Source: Eledone cirrhosa
Lineage: Eukaryota
Direction of reading: 5' to 3'
Assembly (NCBI GenBank): GCA_964016885.1
Contig: OZ024744.1
Span: 20,832,001 to 20,896,000 of the forward strand
DNA length: 64,000 nucleotides
In this document: piece by piece, positions 28,701-43,700 of the stretch
Numbering within the stretch: position 1 is the first letter of the stretch
Layout of the letters: the number at the start of each line of letters is the position of its first letter
Program-made: the position numbers and the translations under genes
The notes under the pieces: model-generated
The model's database searches: none
The model's input: the letters and a program-made list of their open reading frames with translations, nothing else
Told to the model about the DNA's origin: nothing

Positions 28701-31700
28701 TAAGATAAAACTCGTTTTAACAACAGTTGAATCTTAAGTTAAGACTCGTTTTAACAACAGTTGAATCTTAAGAACTGACTCGTTTTAACAACAGTTGAAT
28801 ATTAAGACAAAACCCGTTTTAACAACAGTTGAATCTTAAGAACTGTCTCGTTTTAACAACAGTTGAATCTTAAGATAAACCTCGTTTTAACAACAGTTTA
28901 ATCTTAAGAACTGACTCGTTTTAACAACAGTTGAATCTTAAGACAAAACTCGTTTTAACAACAGTTGAATCTTAAGAACTGACTTGTTCTAACAACAGTT
29001 CAGCCTTAAGAACTGACTCGTTTTAAAACAGTTGAATCGTTAAAACTGACTCGTTTTAACAACAGTTCAATCTTAAAATAAAACTCGTTTTAACAATAGT
29101 TGAATCTCAAGAACTGACTCGTTTTAGCAACAGTTGAATCTTAAGATAACACTCGTTTTCATAACAGTTGTATCTTAAGAACTGACTCGTTTTAACAACA
29201 GTTAAATCTTAATAATTGACTCGTTTTAACAACAGTTGAATGTTAAGATAAAACTCGTTTTAACAATAGTTGAATCTTAAGAACTGACTCGTTTTAACAA
29301 CAGTTGAATGTTAAGATAAAACTCGTTTTAACAATAGTGGAATCTTAAGAACTGACTCGTTTTAACAACAGTTGAATCTTAAGATAAAAATCGTTTTAAC
29401 AACAGTTGAATCTTAAGAACTGACTCGTTTTAACAACAGCTGAATCTTAAGATAAAACTCGTTTTAACAACAGTTCAAACTTAAGAAATGACTCGTTTTA
29501 ACAAAAGTTGAATCTTATGAACTCACTCATTTTAACAACAGTTGAATCTTAAGATAACATTCGTTTTAACAACAGTTGAATCTTAAGAACTGATTCGTTT
29601 TAACAACAGTTGAATCTTAAGATAAAACTGGTTTTAACAACAGTTGAATCTTAAGAACGGACTCGTTTTAACAACAGCTGAATCTTAAGATGAAACTCGT
29701 TTTAACAACAGTTGAATCTTAAGAACTGATTCGTTTTAACAACAGTTCAAACTTAAGAACTGATTCGTTTTAACAACAGTTGAATCTTAAGATAACATTC
29801 GTTTTAACAACAGTTGAATCTTACGAACTGACTCGTTTTAACAACAGTTGAATCTTAAGATAAAACTCGTTTTAACAACAGTTGAATCTTAAGAACTGAC
29901 TCGTTTTAACGACAGCTGAATCTTAAGATAAATCTCGTTTTAACAACAGTTGAATCTTAAGAACTGACTCGTTTTAACGACAGCTGAATCTTAAGATAAA
30001 ACTCGTTTTAACAACAGTTCAAACTTAAGAAATGACTCGTTTTAACAACAGTTGAATCTTATGAACTGACTTATTTTAACAACAGTTGAATCTTAAGAAC
30101 TGATTCGTTTTAACAACAGCTGAATCTTAAGATAAAACTCGTTTTAACAACAGTTGAATCTTAAGAACTGACTCGTTTTAACAACAGCTGAATCTTAAGA
30201 TAAAACTCGTTTTAACAACAGTTGAATCTTAAGATAAAACTCGTTTTAACAACAGTTGAATCTTAAGAACTGACTCTTTTTAACAACAGTTGAATCTTAA
30301 GATAAAACTCGTTTTAACAACAGTTGAATCTTATGAGCTAACTCATTTTAACAACAGTTGAATCTTAAGTTAAGACTCGTTTTAACAACAGTTGAATCTT
30401 AAGAACTGACTCGTTTTAACAACAGCTGAATCTTAAGATAAAACTCGTTTTAACAACCGTTGAATCTTAAGAACTGACTCGTTTTAACAACAGCTGAATC
30501 TCAAGATAAAACTCGTTTTAACAACAGTTGAATCTTAAGATAAAACTCGTTTTAACAACAGTTGAATCTTAAGTACTGACTCGTTTTAACAACAGTTGAA
30601 TCTTATGATAAAACTCGTTTTAACAACAGTTGAATCTTATGAGCTAACTCATTTTAACAACAGTTGAATCTTAAGTTAAGACTCGTTTTAACAACAGTTG
30701 AATCTTAAGAACTGACTCGTTTTAACGACAGCTGAATCTTAAGACAAAACCCGTTTTAACAATAGTTGAATCTTAAGAACTGACTCGTTTTAACAACAGT
30801 TGAATCTTAAGATAAAACTCGTTTTAACAACTGTTGAATCTTAAGAACTGACTCGTTTTAACAACAGCTGAATCTTAAGATAAAACTCGTTTTAACAACA
30901 GTTGAATCTTAAGAACTGACTCGTTTTAACAACAGTTGAATCTTCAAATAAAACTCGTTTTAACAACAGTTGAATCTTAAGAACTGACTCGTTTTAACAA
31001 CAGTTGAATGTTAAGATAAAACTCGTTTTAACAATAGTGGAATCTTAAGAACTGACTCGTTTTAACAACAGTTGAATCTTAAGATAAAACTCGTTTTAAC
31101 AACAGTTGAATCTTAAGAACTGACTCGTTTTAACAACAGCTGAATCTTAAGATAAAACTCGTTTTAACAACAGTTCAAACTTAAGAAATGACTCGTTTTA
31201 ACAAAAGTTGAATCTTATGAACTCACTCATTTTAACAACAGTTGAATCTTAAGATAACATTCGTTTTAACAACAGTTGAATCTTAAGAACTGATTCGTTT
31301 TAACAACAGTTGAATCTTAAGATAAAACTCGTTTTAACAACACTTGAATCTTAAGAACGGACTCGTTTTAACAACACCTGAATCTTAAGATAAAACTCGT
31401 TTTAACAACAGTTGAATCTTAAGAACTGATTCGTTTTAACAACAGTTCAAACTTAAGAACTGACTCGTTTTAACAACAGTTGAATCTTATGAACTGACTC
31501 ATTTTAACAACAGTTGAATCTTAAGATAACATTCGTTTTAACAACAGTTGAATCTTAAGAACTGACTCGTTTTAACAACAGTTGAATCTTAAAGATAAAA
31601 CTCGTTTCGACAACAGTTGAATCTTAAGAACTGACTCGTTTTAACAACAGCTGAATCTTAAGATAAAACTCGTTTTAACAACAGTTGAATCTTAAGAACT

Positions 31701-34700
31701 GACTCGTTTTAACGACAGCTGAATCTTAAGATAAAACTCGTTTTAACAACAGTTCAAACTTAAGAAATGACTCGTTTTAACAACAGTTGAATCTTATGAA
31801 CTGACTCATTTTAACAACAGTTGAATCTTAAGAACTGATTCGTTTTAACAACAGCTGAATCTTAAGATTAAACTCGTTTTAACAACAGTTGAATCTTAAG
31901 AACTGATTCGTTTTAACAACAGCTGAATCTTAAGATAAAACTCGTTTTAACAACAGTTGAATCTTAAGAACTGACTCGTTTTAACAACAGCTGAATCTTA
32001 AGATAAAACTCGTTTTAACAACAGTTGAATCTTAAGATAAAACTCGTTTTAACAACAGTTCAAACTTAAGAAATGACTCGTTTTAACAAAAGTTGAATCT
32101 TATGAACTCACTCATTTTAACAACAGTTGAATCTTAAGATAACATTCGTTTTAACAACAGTTGAATCTTAAGAACTGATTCGTTTTAATAACAGTTGAAT
32201 GTTAAGATAAAACTCGTTTTAACAACAGTTGAATCTTAAGAACTGACTCGTTTTAACAACAGCTGAATCTTAAGATAAAACTCGTTTTAACAACAGTTGA
32301 TTCTTAAGAACTGACTCGTTTTAACAACAGCTGAATCTTAAGATAAAACTCGTTTTAACAACAGTTGAATCTTAAGATAAAACTCGTTTTAACAACAGTT
32401 GAATCTTAAGAACTGACTCGTTTTAACAACAGTTGAATCTTAAGATAAAACTCGTTTTAACAACAGTTGAATCTTATGAACTAACTCATTTTAACAACAG
32501 TTGAATCTTAAGTTAAGACTCGTTTTAACAACAGTTGAATCTTAAGAACTGACTCGTTTTAACGACAGCTGAATCTTAAGATAAAACTCGTTTTAACAAC
32601 AGTTGGATCTTAAGAACTGACTCGTTTTAACAACAGTTGAATCTTACGATAAAACTCGTTTTAACAACAGTTGAATCTTATGAACTAACTCATTTTAACA
32701 ACAGTTGAATCTTAAGTTAAGACTCGTTTTAACAACAGTTGAATCTTAAGAACTGACTCGTTTTAACAACAGTTGAATCTTAAGACAAAACCCGTTTTAA
32801 CAACAGTTGAGTCTTAAGAACTGTCTCGTTTTAACAACATTTGAATCTTAAGACAAAACTCGTTTTAACAACAGTTGAATCTTAAGAACTGACTTGTTCT
32901 AACAACAGTTCAGCCTTAAGAACTGACTCGTTTTAAAACAGTTGAATCGTTAGAACTGACTCGTTTTAACAACAGTTGAATCTTAAAATAAAACTCGTTT
33001 TAACAAAGGTTGAATCTCAAGAACTGACTCGTTTTAGCAACAGTTGAATCTTAAGATAACACTCGTTTTCATAACAGTTGAATCTTAAGAACTGTCTCGT
33101 TTTAACAACAGTTGAATTTTAAGATAAACCTCGTTTTGACAACAGTTGAATCTTAAGAACTGACTCGTTTTAACAACAGTTAAATCTTAATAACTGACTC
33201 GTTTTAACAACAGTTGAATGTTAAGATAAAACTCGTTTTAACAATAGTTGAATCTTAAGAACTGACTCGTTTTAACAACAGTTGAATCTTAAGATAAAAC
33301 TCGTTTTAACAACTGTTGAATCTTAAGAACTGACTCGTTTTAACAACAGCTGAATCTTAAGATAAACTCGTTTTAACAACAGTTGAATCTTAAGAACTGA
33401 CTCGTTTTAACAACAGTTGAATCTTCAAATAAAACTCGTTTTAACAACAGTTGAATCTTAAGAACTGACTCGTTTTAACAACAGTTGAATGTTAAGATAA
33501 AACTCGTTTTAACAATAGTGGAATCTTAAGAACTGACTCGTTTTAACAACAGTTGAATCTTAAGATAAAACTCGTTTTAACAACAGTTGAATCTTAAGAA
33601 CTGACTCGTTTTAACAACAGCTGAATCTTAAGATAAAACTCGTTTTAACAACAGTTGAATCTTAAGATAAAACTCGTTTTAACAACAGTTGAATCTTAAG
33701 TACTGACTCGTTTTAACAACAGTTGAATCTTAAGATAAAACTCGTTTTTACAACAGTTGAATCTTATGAGCTAACTCATTTTAACAACAGTTGAATCTTA
33801 AGTTAAGACTCGTTTTAACAACAGGTGAATCTTAAGAACTGACTCGTTTTAACGACAGCTGAATCTTAAGATAAAACTCGTTTTAACAACAGTTGGATCT
33901 TAAGAACTGACTCGTTTTAACAACAGTTGAATCTTACGATAAAACTCGTTTTAACAACAGTTGAATCTTATGAACTAACTCATTTTAACAATAGTTGAAT
34001 CTTAAGTTAAGACTCGTTTTAACAACAGTTGAATCTTAAGAACTGACTCGTTTTAACAACAGTTGAATATTAAGACAAAACCCGTTTTAACAACAGTTGA
34101 ATCTTAAGAACTGTCTCGTTTTAACAACAGTTGAATCTTAAGATAAACCTCGTTTTAACAACAGTTTAATCTTAAGAACTGACTCGTTTTAACAACAGTT
34201 GAATCTTAAGACAAAACTCGTTTTAACAACAGTTGAATCTTAAGAACTGACTTGTTCTAACAACAGTTCAGCCTTAAGAACTGACTCGTTTTAAAACAGT
34301 TGAATCGTTAAAACTGACTCGTTTTAACAACAGTTGAATCTTAAAATAAAACTCGTTTTAACAATAGTTGAATCTCAAGAACTGACTCGTTTTAGCAACA
34401 GTTGAATCTTAAGATAACACTCGTTTTCATAACAGTTGTATCTTAAGAACTGACTCGTTTTAACAACAGTTAAATCTTAATAATTGACTCGTTTTAACAA
34501 CAGTTGAATGTTAAGATAAAACTCGTTTTAACAATAGTTGAATCTTAAGAACTGACTCGTTTTAACAACAGTTGAATGTTAAGATAAAACTCGTTTTAAC
34601 AATAGTGGAATCTTAAGAACTGACTCGTTTTAACAACAGTTGAATCTTAAGATAAAAATCGTTTTAACAACAGTTGAATCTTAAGAACTGACTCGTTTTA

Positions 34701-37700
34701 ACAACAGCTGAATCTTAAGATAAAACTCGTTTTAACAACAGTTCAAACTTAAGAAATGACTCGTTTTAACAAAAGTTGAATCTTATGAACTCACTCATTT
34801 TAACAACAGTTGAATCTTAAGATAACATTCGTTTTAACAACAGTTGAATCTTAAGAACTGATTCGTTTTAACAACAGTTGAATCTTAAGATAAAACTGGT
34901 TTTAACAACAGTTGAATCTTAAGAACGGACTCGTTTTAACAACAGCTGAATCTTAAGATGAAACTCGTTTTAACAACAGTTGAATCTTAAGAACTGATTC
35001 GTTTTAACAACAGTTCAAACTTAAGAACTGATTCGTTTTAACAACAGTTGAATCTTAAGATAACATTCGTTTTAACAACAGTTGAATCTTACGAACTGAC
35101 TCGTTTTAACAACAGTTGAATCTTAAGATAAAACTCGTTTTAACAACAGTTGAATCTTAAGAACTGACTCGTTTTAACGACAGCTGAATCTTAAGATAAA
35201 TCTCGTTTTAACAACAGTTGAATCTTAAGAACTGACTCGTTTTAACGACAGCTGAATCTTAAGATAAAACTCGTTTTAACAACAGTTCAAACTTAAGAAA
35301 TGACTCGTTTTAACAACAGTTGAATCTTATGAACTGACTTATTTTAACAACAGTTGAATCTTAAGAACTGATTCGTTTTAACAACAGCTTCTTCTTAAGA
35401 TAAAACTCGTTTTAACAACAGTTGAATCTTAAGAACTGACTCGTTTTAACAACAGCTGAATCTTAAGAACTGACTCTTTTTAACAACAGTTGAATCTTAA
35501 GATAAAACTCGTTTTAACAACAGTTGAATCTTAAGAACTGACTCTTTTTAACAACAGTTGAATCTTAAGATAAAACTCGTTTTAACAACAGTTGAATCTT
35601 ATGAGCTAACTCATTTTAACAACAGTTGAATCTTAAGTTAAGACTCGTTTTAACAACAGTTGAATCTTAAGAACTGACTCGTTTTAACAACAGCTGAATC
35701 TTAAGATAAAACTCGTTTTAACAACCGTTGAATCTTAAGAACTGACTCGTTTTAACAACAGCTGAATCTCAAGATAAAACTCGTTTTAACAACAGTTGAA
35801 TCTTAAGATAAAACTCGTTTTAACAACAGTTGAATCTTAAGTACTGACTCGTTTTAACAACAGTTGAATCTTATGATAAAACTCGTTTTAACAACAGTTG
35901 AATCTTATGAGCTAACTCATTTTAACAACAGTTGAATCTTAAGTTAAGACTCGTTTTAACAACAGTTGAATCTTAAGAACTGACTCGTTTTAACGACAGC
36001 TGAATCTTAAGACAAAACCCGTTTTAACAATAGTTGAATCTTAAGAACTGACTCGTTTTAACAACAGTTGAATCTTAAGATAAAACTCGTTTTAACAACT
36101 GTTGAATCTTAAGAACTGACTCGTTTTAACAACAGCTGAATCTTAAGATAAAACTCGTTTTAACAACAGTTGAATCTTAAGAACTGACTCGTTTTAACAA
36201 CAGTTGAATCTTCAAATAAAACTCGTTTTAACAACAGTTGAATCTTAAGAACTGACTCGTTTTAACAACAGTTGAATGTTAAGATAAAACTCGTTTTAAC
36301 AATAGTGGAATCTTAAGAACTGACTCGTTTTAACAACAGTTGAATCTTAAGATAAAACTCGTTTTAACAACAGTTGAATCTTAAGAACTGACTCGTTTTA
36401 ACAACAGCTGAATCTTAAGATAAAACTCGTTTTAACAACAGTTCAAACTTAAGAAATGACTCGTTTTAACAAAAGTTGAATCTTATGAACTCACTCATTT
36501 TAACAACAGTTGAATCTTAAGATAACATTCGTTTTAACAACAGTTGAATCTTAAGAACTGATTCGTTTTAACAACAGTTGAATCTTAAGATAAAACTCGT
36601 TTTAACAACACTTGAATCTTAAGAACGGACTCGTTTTAACAACACCTGAATCTTAAGATAAAACTCGTTTTAACAACAGTTGAATCTTAAGAACTGATTC
36701 GTTTTAACAACAGTTCAAACTTAAGAACTGACTCGTTTTAACAACAGTTGAATCTTATGAACTGACTCATTTTAACAACAGTTGAATCTTAAGATAACAT
36801 TCGTTTTAACAACAGTTGAATCTTAAGAACTGACTCGTTTTAACAACAGTTGAATCTTAAAGATAAAACTCGTTTCGACAACAGTTGAATCTTAAGAACT
36901 GACTCGTTTTAACAACAGCTGAATCTTAAGATAAAACTCGTTTTAACAACAGTTGAATCTTAAGAACTGACTCGTTTTAACGACAGCTGAATCTTAAGAT
37001 AAAACTCGTTTTAACAACAGTTCAAACTTAAGAAATGACTCGTTTTAACAACAGTTGAATCTTATGAACTGACTCATTTTAACAACAGTTGAATCTTAAG
37101 AACTGATTCGTTTTAACAACAGCTGAATCTTAAGATAAAACTCGTTTTAACAACAGTTGAATCTTAAGAACTGATTCGTTTTAACAACAGCTGAATCTTA
37201 AGATAAAACTCGTTATAACAACAGTTGAATCTTAAGAACTGACTCGTTTTAACAACAGCTGAATCTTAAGATAAAACTCGTTTTAACAACAGTTGAATCT
37301 TAAGATAAAACTCGTTTTAACAACAGTTCAAACTTAAGAAATGACTCGTTTTAACAAAAGTTGAATCTTATGAACTCACTCATTTTAACAACAGTTGAAT
37401 CTTAAGATAACATTCGTTTTAACAACAGTTGAATCTTAAGAACTGATTCGTTTTAATAACAGTTGAATGTTAAGATAAAACTCGTTTTAACAACAGTTGA
37501 ATCTTAAGAACTGACTCGTTTTAACAACAGCTGAATCTTAAGATAAAACTCGTTTTAACAACAGTTGATTCTTAAGAACTGACTCGTTTTAACAACAGCT
37601 GAATCTTAAGATAAAACTCGTTTTAACAACAGTTGAATCTTAAGATAAAACTCGTTTTAACAACAGTTGAATCTTAAGAACTGACTCGTTTTAACAACAG

Positions 37701-40700
37701 TTGAATCTTAAGATAAAACTCGTTTTAACAACAGTTGAATCTTATGAACTAACTCATTTTAACAACAGTTGAATCTTAAGTTAAGACTCGTTTTAACAAC
37801 AGTTGAATCTTAAGAACTGACTCGTTTTAACGACAGCTGAATCTTAAGATAAAACTCGTTTTAACAACAGTTGGATCTTAAGAACTGACTCGTTTTAACA
37901 ACAGTTGAATCTTACGATAAAACTCGTTTTAACAACAGTTGAATCTTATGAACTGACTTGTTCTAACAACAGTTCAGCCTTAAGAACTGACTCGTTTTAA
38001 AACAGTTGAATCGTTAGAACTGACTCGTTTTAACAACGGTTGAATCTTAAAATAAAACTCGTTTTAACAAAAGTTGAATCTCAAGAACTGACTCGTTTTA
38101 GCAACAGTTGAATCTTAAGATAACACTCGTTTTCATAACAGTTGAATCTTAAGAACTGTCTCGTTTTAACAACAGTTGAATTTTAAGATAAACCTCGTTT
38201 TGACAACAGTTGAATCTTAAGAACTGACTCGTTTTAACAACAGTTAAATCTTAATAACTGACTCGTTTTAACAACAGTTGAATGTTAAGATAAAACTCGT
38301 TTTAACAATAGTTGAATCTTAAGAACTGACTCGTTTTAACAACAGTTGAATCTTAAGATAAAACTCGTTTTAACAACTGTTGAATCTTAAGAACTGACTC
38401 GTTTTAACAACAGCTGAATCTTAAGATAAACTCGTTTTAACAACAGTTGAATCTTAAGAACTGACTCGTTTTAACAACAGTTGAATCTTCAAATAAAACT
38501 CGTTTTAACAACAGTTGAATCTTAAGAACTGACTCGTTTTAACAACAGTTGAATGTTAAGATAAAACTCGTTTTAACAATAGTGGAATCTTAAGAACTGA
38601 CTCGTTTTAACAACAGTTGAATCTTAAGATAAAACTCGTTTTAACAACAGTTGAATCTTAAGAACTGACTCGTTTTAACAACAGCTGAATCTTAAGATAA
38701 AACTCGTTTTAACAACAGTTGAATCTTAAGATAAAACTCGTTTTAACAACAGTTGAATCTTAAGTTAAGACTCGTTTTAACAACAGTTGAATCTTAAGAA
38801 CTGACTCGTTTTAACAACAGTTGAATATTAAGACAAAACCCGTTTTAACAACAGTTGAATCTTAAGAACTGTCTCGTTTTAACAACAGTTGAATCTTAAG
38901 ATAAACCTCGTTTTAACAACAGTTTAATCTTAAGAACTGACTCGTTTTAACAACAGTTGAATCTTAAGACAAAACTCGTTTTAACAACAGTTGAATCTTA
39001 AGAACTGACTTGTTCTAACAACAGTTCAGCCTTAAGAACTGACTCGTTTTAAAACAGTTGAATCGTTAAAACTGACTCGTTTTAACAACAGTTGAATCTT
39101 AAAATAAAACTCGTTTTAACAATAGTTGAATCTCAAGAACTGACTCGTTTTAGCAACAGTTGAATCTTAAGATAACACTCGTTTTCATAACAGTTGTATC
39201 TTAAGAACTGACTCGTTTTAACAACAGTTAAATCTTAATAATTGACTCGTTTTAACAACAGTTGAATGTTAAGATAAAACTCGTTTTAACAATAGTTGAA
39301 TCTTAAGAACTGACTCGTTTTAACAACAGTTGAATGTTAAGATAAAACTCGTTTTAACAATAGTGGAATCTTAAGAACTGACTCGTTTTAACAACAGTTG
39401 AATCTTAAGATAAAAATCGTTTTAACAACAGTTGAATCTTAAGAACTGACTCGTTTTAACAACAGCTGAATCTTAAGATAAAACTCGTTTTAACAACAGT
39501 TCAAACTTAAGAAATGACTCGTTTTAACAAAAGTTGAATCTTATGAACTCACTCATTTTAACAACAGTTGAATCTTAAGATAACATTCGTTTTAACAACA
39601 GTTGAATCTTAAGAACTGATTCGTTTTAACAACAGTTGAATCTTAAGATAAAACTGGTTTTAACAACAGTTGAATCTTAAGAACGGACTCGTTTTAACAA
39701 CAGCTGAATCTTAAGATGAAACTCGTTTTAACAACAGTTGAATCTTAAGAACTGATTCGTTTTAACAACAGTTCAAACTTAAGAACTGATTCGTTTTAAC
39801 AACAGTTGAATCTTAAGATAACATTCGTTTTAACAACAGTTGAATCTTACGAACTGACTCGTTTTAACAACAGTTGAATCTTAAGATAAAACTCGTTTTA
39901 ACAACAGTTGAATCTTAAGAACTGACTCGTTTTAACGACAGCTGAATCTTAAGATAAATCTCGTTTTAACAACAGTTGAATCTTAAGAACTGACTCGTTT
40001 TAACGACAGCTGAATCTTAAGATAAAACTCGTTTTAACAACAGTTCAAACTTAAGAAATGACTCGTTTTAACAACAGTTGAATCTTATGAACTGACTTAT
40101 TTTAACAACAGTTGAATCTTAAGAACTGATTCGTTTTAACAACAGCTGAATCTTAAGATAAAACTCGTTTTAACAACAGTTGAATCTTAAGAACTGACTC
40201 GTTTTAACAACAGCTGAATCTTAAGATAAAACTCGTTTTAACAACAGTTGAATCTTAAGATAAAACTCGTTTTAACAACAGTTGAATCTTAAGAACTGAC
40301 TCTTTTTAACAACAGTTGAATCTTAAGATAAAACTCGTTTTAACAACAGTTGAATCTTATGAGCTAACTCATTTTAACAACAGTTGAATCTTAAGTTAAG
40401 ACTCGTTTTAACAACAGTTGAATCTTAAGAACTGACTCGTTTTAACAACAGCTGAATCTTAAGATAAAACTCGTTTTAACAACCGTTGAATCTTAAGAAC
40501 TGACTCGTTTTAACAACAGCTGAATCTCAAGATAAAACTCGTTTTAACAACAGTTGAATCTTAAGATAAAACTCGTTTTAACAACAGTTGAATCTTAAGT
40601 ACTGACTCGTTTTAACAACAGTTGAATCTTATGATAAAACTCGTTTTAACAACAGTTGAATCTTATGAGCTAACTCATTTTAACAACAGTTGAATCTTAA

Positions 40701-43700
40701 GTTAAGACTCGTTTTAACAACAGTTGAATCTTAAGAACTGACTCGTTTTAACGACAGCTGAATCTTAAGACAAAACCCGTTTTAACAATAGTTGAATCTT
40801 AAGAACTGACTCGTTTTAACAACAGTTGAATCTTAAGATAAAACTCGTTTTAACAACTGTTGAATCTTAAGAACTGACTCGTTTTAACAACAGCTGAATC
40901 TTAAGATAAAACTCGTTTTAACAACAGTTGAATCTTAAGAACTGACTCGTTTTAACAACAGTTGAATCTTCAAATAAAACTCGTTTTAACAACAGTTGAA
41001 TCTTAAGAACTGACTCGTTTTAACAACAGTTGAATGTTAAGATAAAACTCGTTTTAACAATAGTGGAATCTTAAGAACTGACTCGTTTTAACAACAGTTG
41101 AATCTTAAGATAAAACTCGTTTTAACAACAGTTGAATCTTAAGAACTGACTCGTTTTAACAACAGCTGAATCTTAAGATAAAACTCGTTTTAACAACAGT
41201 TCAAACTTAAGAAATGACTCGTTTTAACAAAAGTTGAATCTTATGAACTCACTCATTTTAACAACAGTTGAATCTTAAGATAACATTCGTTTTAACAACA
41301 GTTGAATCTTAAGAACTGATTCGTTTTAACAACAGTTGAATCTTAAGATAAAACTCGTTTTAACAACACTTGAATCTTAAGAACGGACTCGTTTTAACAA
41401 CACCTGAATCTTAAGATAAAACTCGTTTTAACAACAGTTGAATCTTAAGAACTGATTCGTTTTAACAACAGTTCAAACTTAAGAACTGACTCGTTTTAAC
41501 AACAGTTGAATCTTATGAACTGACTCATTTTAACAACAGTTGAATCTTAAGATAACATTCGTTTTAACAACAGTTGAATCTTAAGAACTGACTCGTTTTA
41601 ACAACAGTTGAATCTTAAAGATAAAACTCGTTTCGACAACAGTTGAATCTTAAGAACTGACTCGTTTTAACAACAGCTGAATCTTAAGATAAAACTCGTT
41701 TTAACAACAGTTGAATCTTAAGAACTGACTCGTTTTAACGACAGCTGAATCTTAAGATAAAACTCGTTTTAACAACAGTTCAAACTTAAGAAATGACTCG
41801 TTTTAACAACAGTTGAATCTTATGAACTGACTCATTTTAACAACAGTTGAATCTTAAGAACTGATTCGTTTTAACAACAGCTGAATCTTAAGATTAAACT
41901 CGTTTTAACAACAGTTGAATCTTAAGAACTGATTCGTTTTAACAACAGCTGAATCTTAAGATAAAACTCGTTTTAACAACAGTTGAATCTTAAGAACTGA
42001 CTCGTTTTAACAACAGCTGAATCTTAAGATAAAACTCGTTTTAACAACAGTTGAATCTTAAGATAAAACTCGTTTTAACAACAGTTCAAACTTAAGAAAT
42101 GACTCGTTTTAACAAAAGTTGAATCTTATGAACTCACTCATTTTAACAACAGTTGAATCTTAAGATAACATTCGTTTTAACAACAGTTGAATCTTAAGAA
42201 CTGATTCGTTTTAATAACAGTTGAATGTTAAGATAAAACTCGTTTTAACAACAGTTGAATCTTAAGAACTGACTCGTTTTAACAACAGCTGAATCTTAAG
42301 ATAAAACTCGTTTTAACAACAGTTGATTCTTAAGAACTGACTCGTTTTAACAACAGCTGAATCTTAAGATAAAACTCGTTTTAACAACAGTTGAATCTTA
42401 AGATAAAACTCGTTTTAACAACAGTTGAATCTTAAGAACTGACTCGTTTTAACAACAGTTGAATCTTAAGATAAAACTCGTTTTAACAACAGTTGAATCT
42501 TATGAACTAACTCATTTTAACAACAGTTGAATCTTAAGTTAAGACTCGTTTTAACAACAGTTGAATCTTAAGAACTGACTCGTTTTAACGACAGCTGAAT
42601 CTTAAGATAAAACTCGTTTTAACAACAGTTGGATCTTAAGAACTGACTCGTTTTAACAACAGTTGAATCTTACGATAAAACTCGTTTTAACAACAGTTGA
42701 ATCTTATGAACTAACTCATTTTAACAACAGTTGAATCTTAAGTTAAGACTCGTTTTAACAACAGTTGAATCTTAAGAACTGACTCGTTTTAACAACAGTT
42801 GAATCTTAAGACAAAACCCGTTTTAACAACAGTTGAGTCTTAAGAACTGTCTCGTTTTAACAACATTTGAATCTTAAGACAAAACTCGTTTTAACAACAG
42901 TTGAATCTTAAGAACTGACTTGTTCTAACAACAGTTCAGCCTTAAGAACTGACTCGTTTTAAAACAGTTGAATCGTTAGAACTGACTCGTTTTAACAACA
43001 GTTGAATCTTAAAATAAAACTCGTTTTAACAAAGGTTGAATCTCAAGAACTGACTCGTTTTAGCAACAGTTGAATCTTAAGATAACACTCGTTTTCATAA
43101 CAGTTGAATCTTAAGAACTGTCTCGTTTTAACAACAGTTGAATTTTAAGATAAACCTCGTTTTGACAACAGTTGAATCTTAAGAACTGACTCGTTTTAAC
43201 AACAGTTAAATCTTAATAACTGACTCGTTTTAACAACAGTTGAATGTTAAGATAAAACTCGTTTTAACAATAGTTGAATCTTAAGAACTGACTCGTTTTA
43301 ACAACAGTTGAATCTTAAGATAAAACTCGTTTTAACAACTGTTGAATCTTAAGAACTGACTCGTTTTAACAACAGCTGAATCTTAAGATAAACTCGTTTT
43401 AACAACAGTTGAATCTTAAGAACTGACTCGTTTTAACAACAGTTGAATCTTCAAATAAAACTCGTTTTAACAACAGTTGAATCTTAAGAACTGACTCGTT
43501 TTAACAACAGTTGAATGTTAAGATAAAACTCGTTTTAACAATAGTGGAATCTTAAGAACTGACTCGTTTTAACAACAGTTGAATCTTAAGATAAAACTCG
43601 TTTTAACAACAGTTGAATCTTAAGAACTGACTCGTTTTAACAACAGCTGAATCTTAAGATAAAACTCGTTTTAACAACAGTTGAATCTTAAGATAAAACT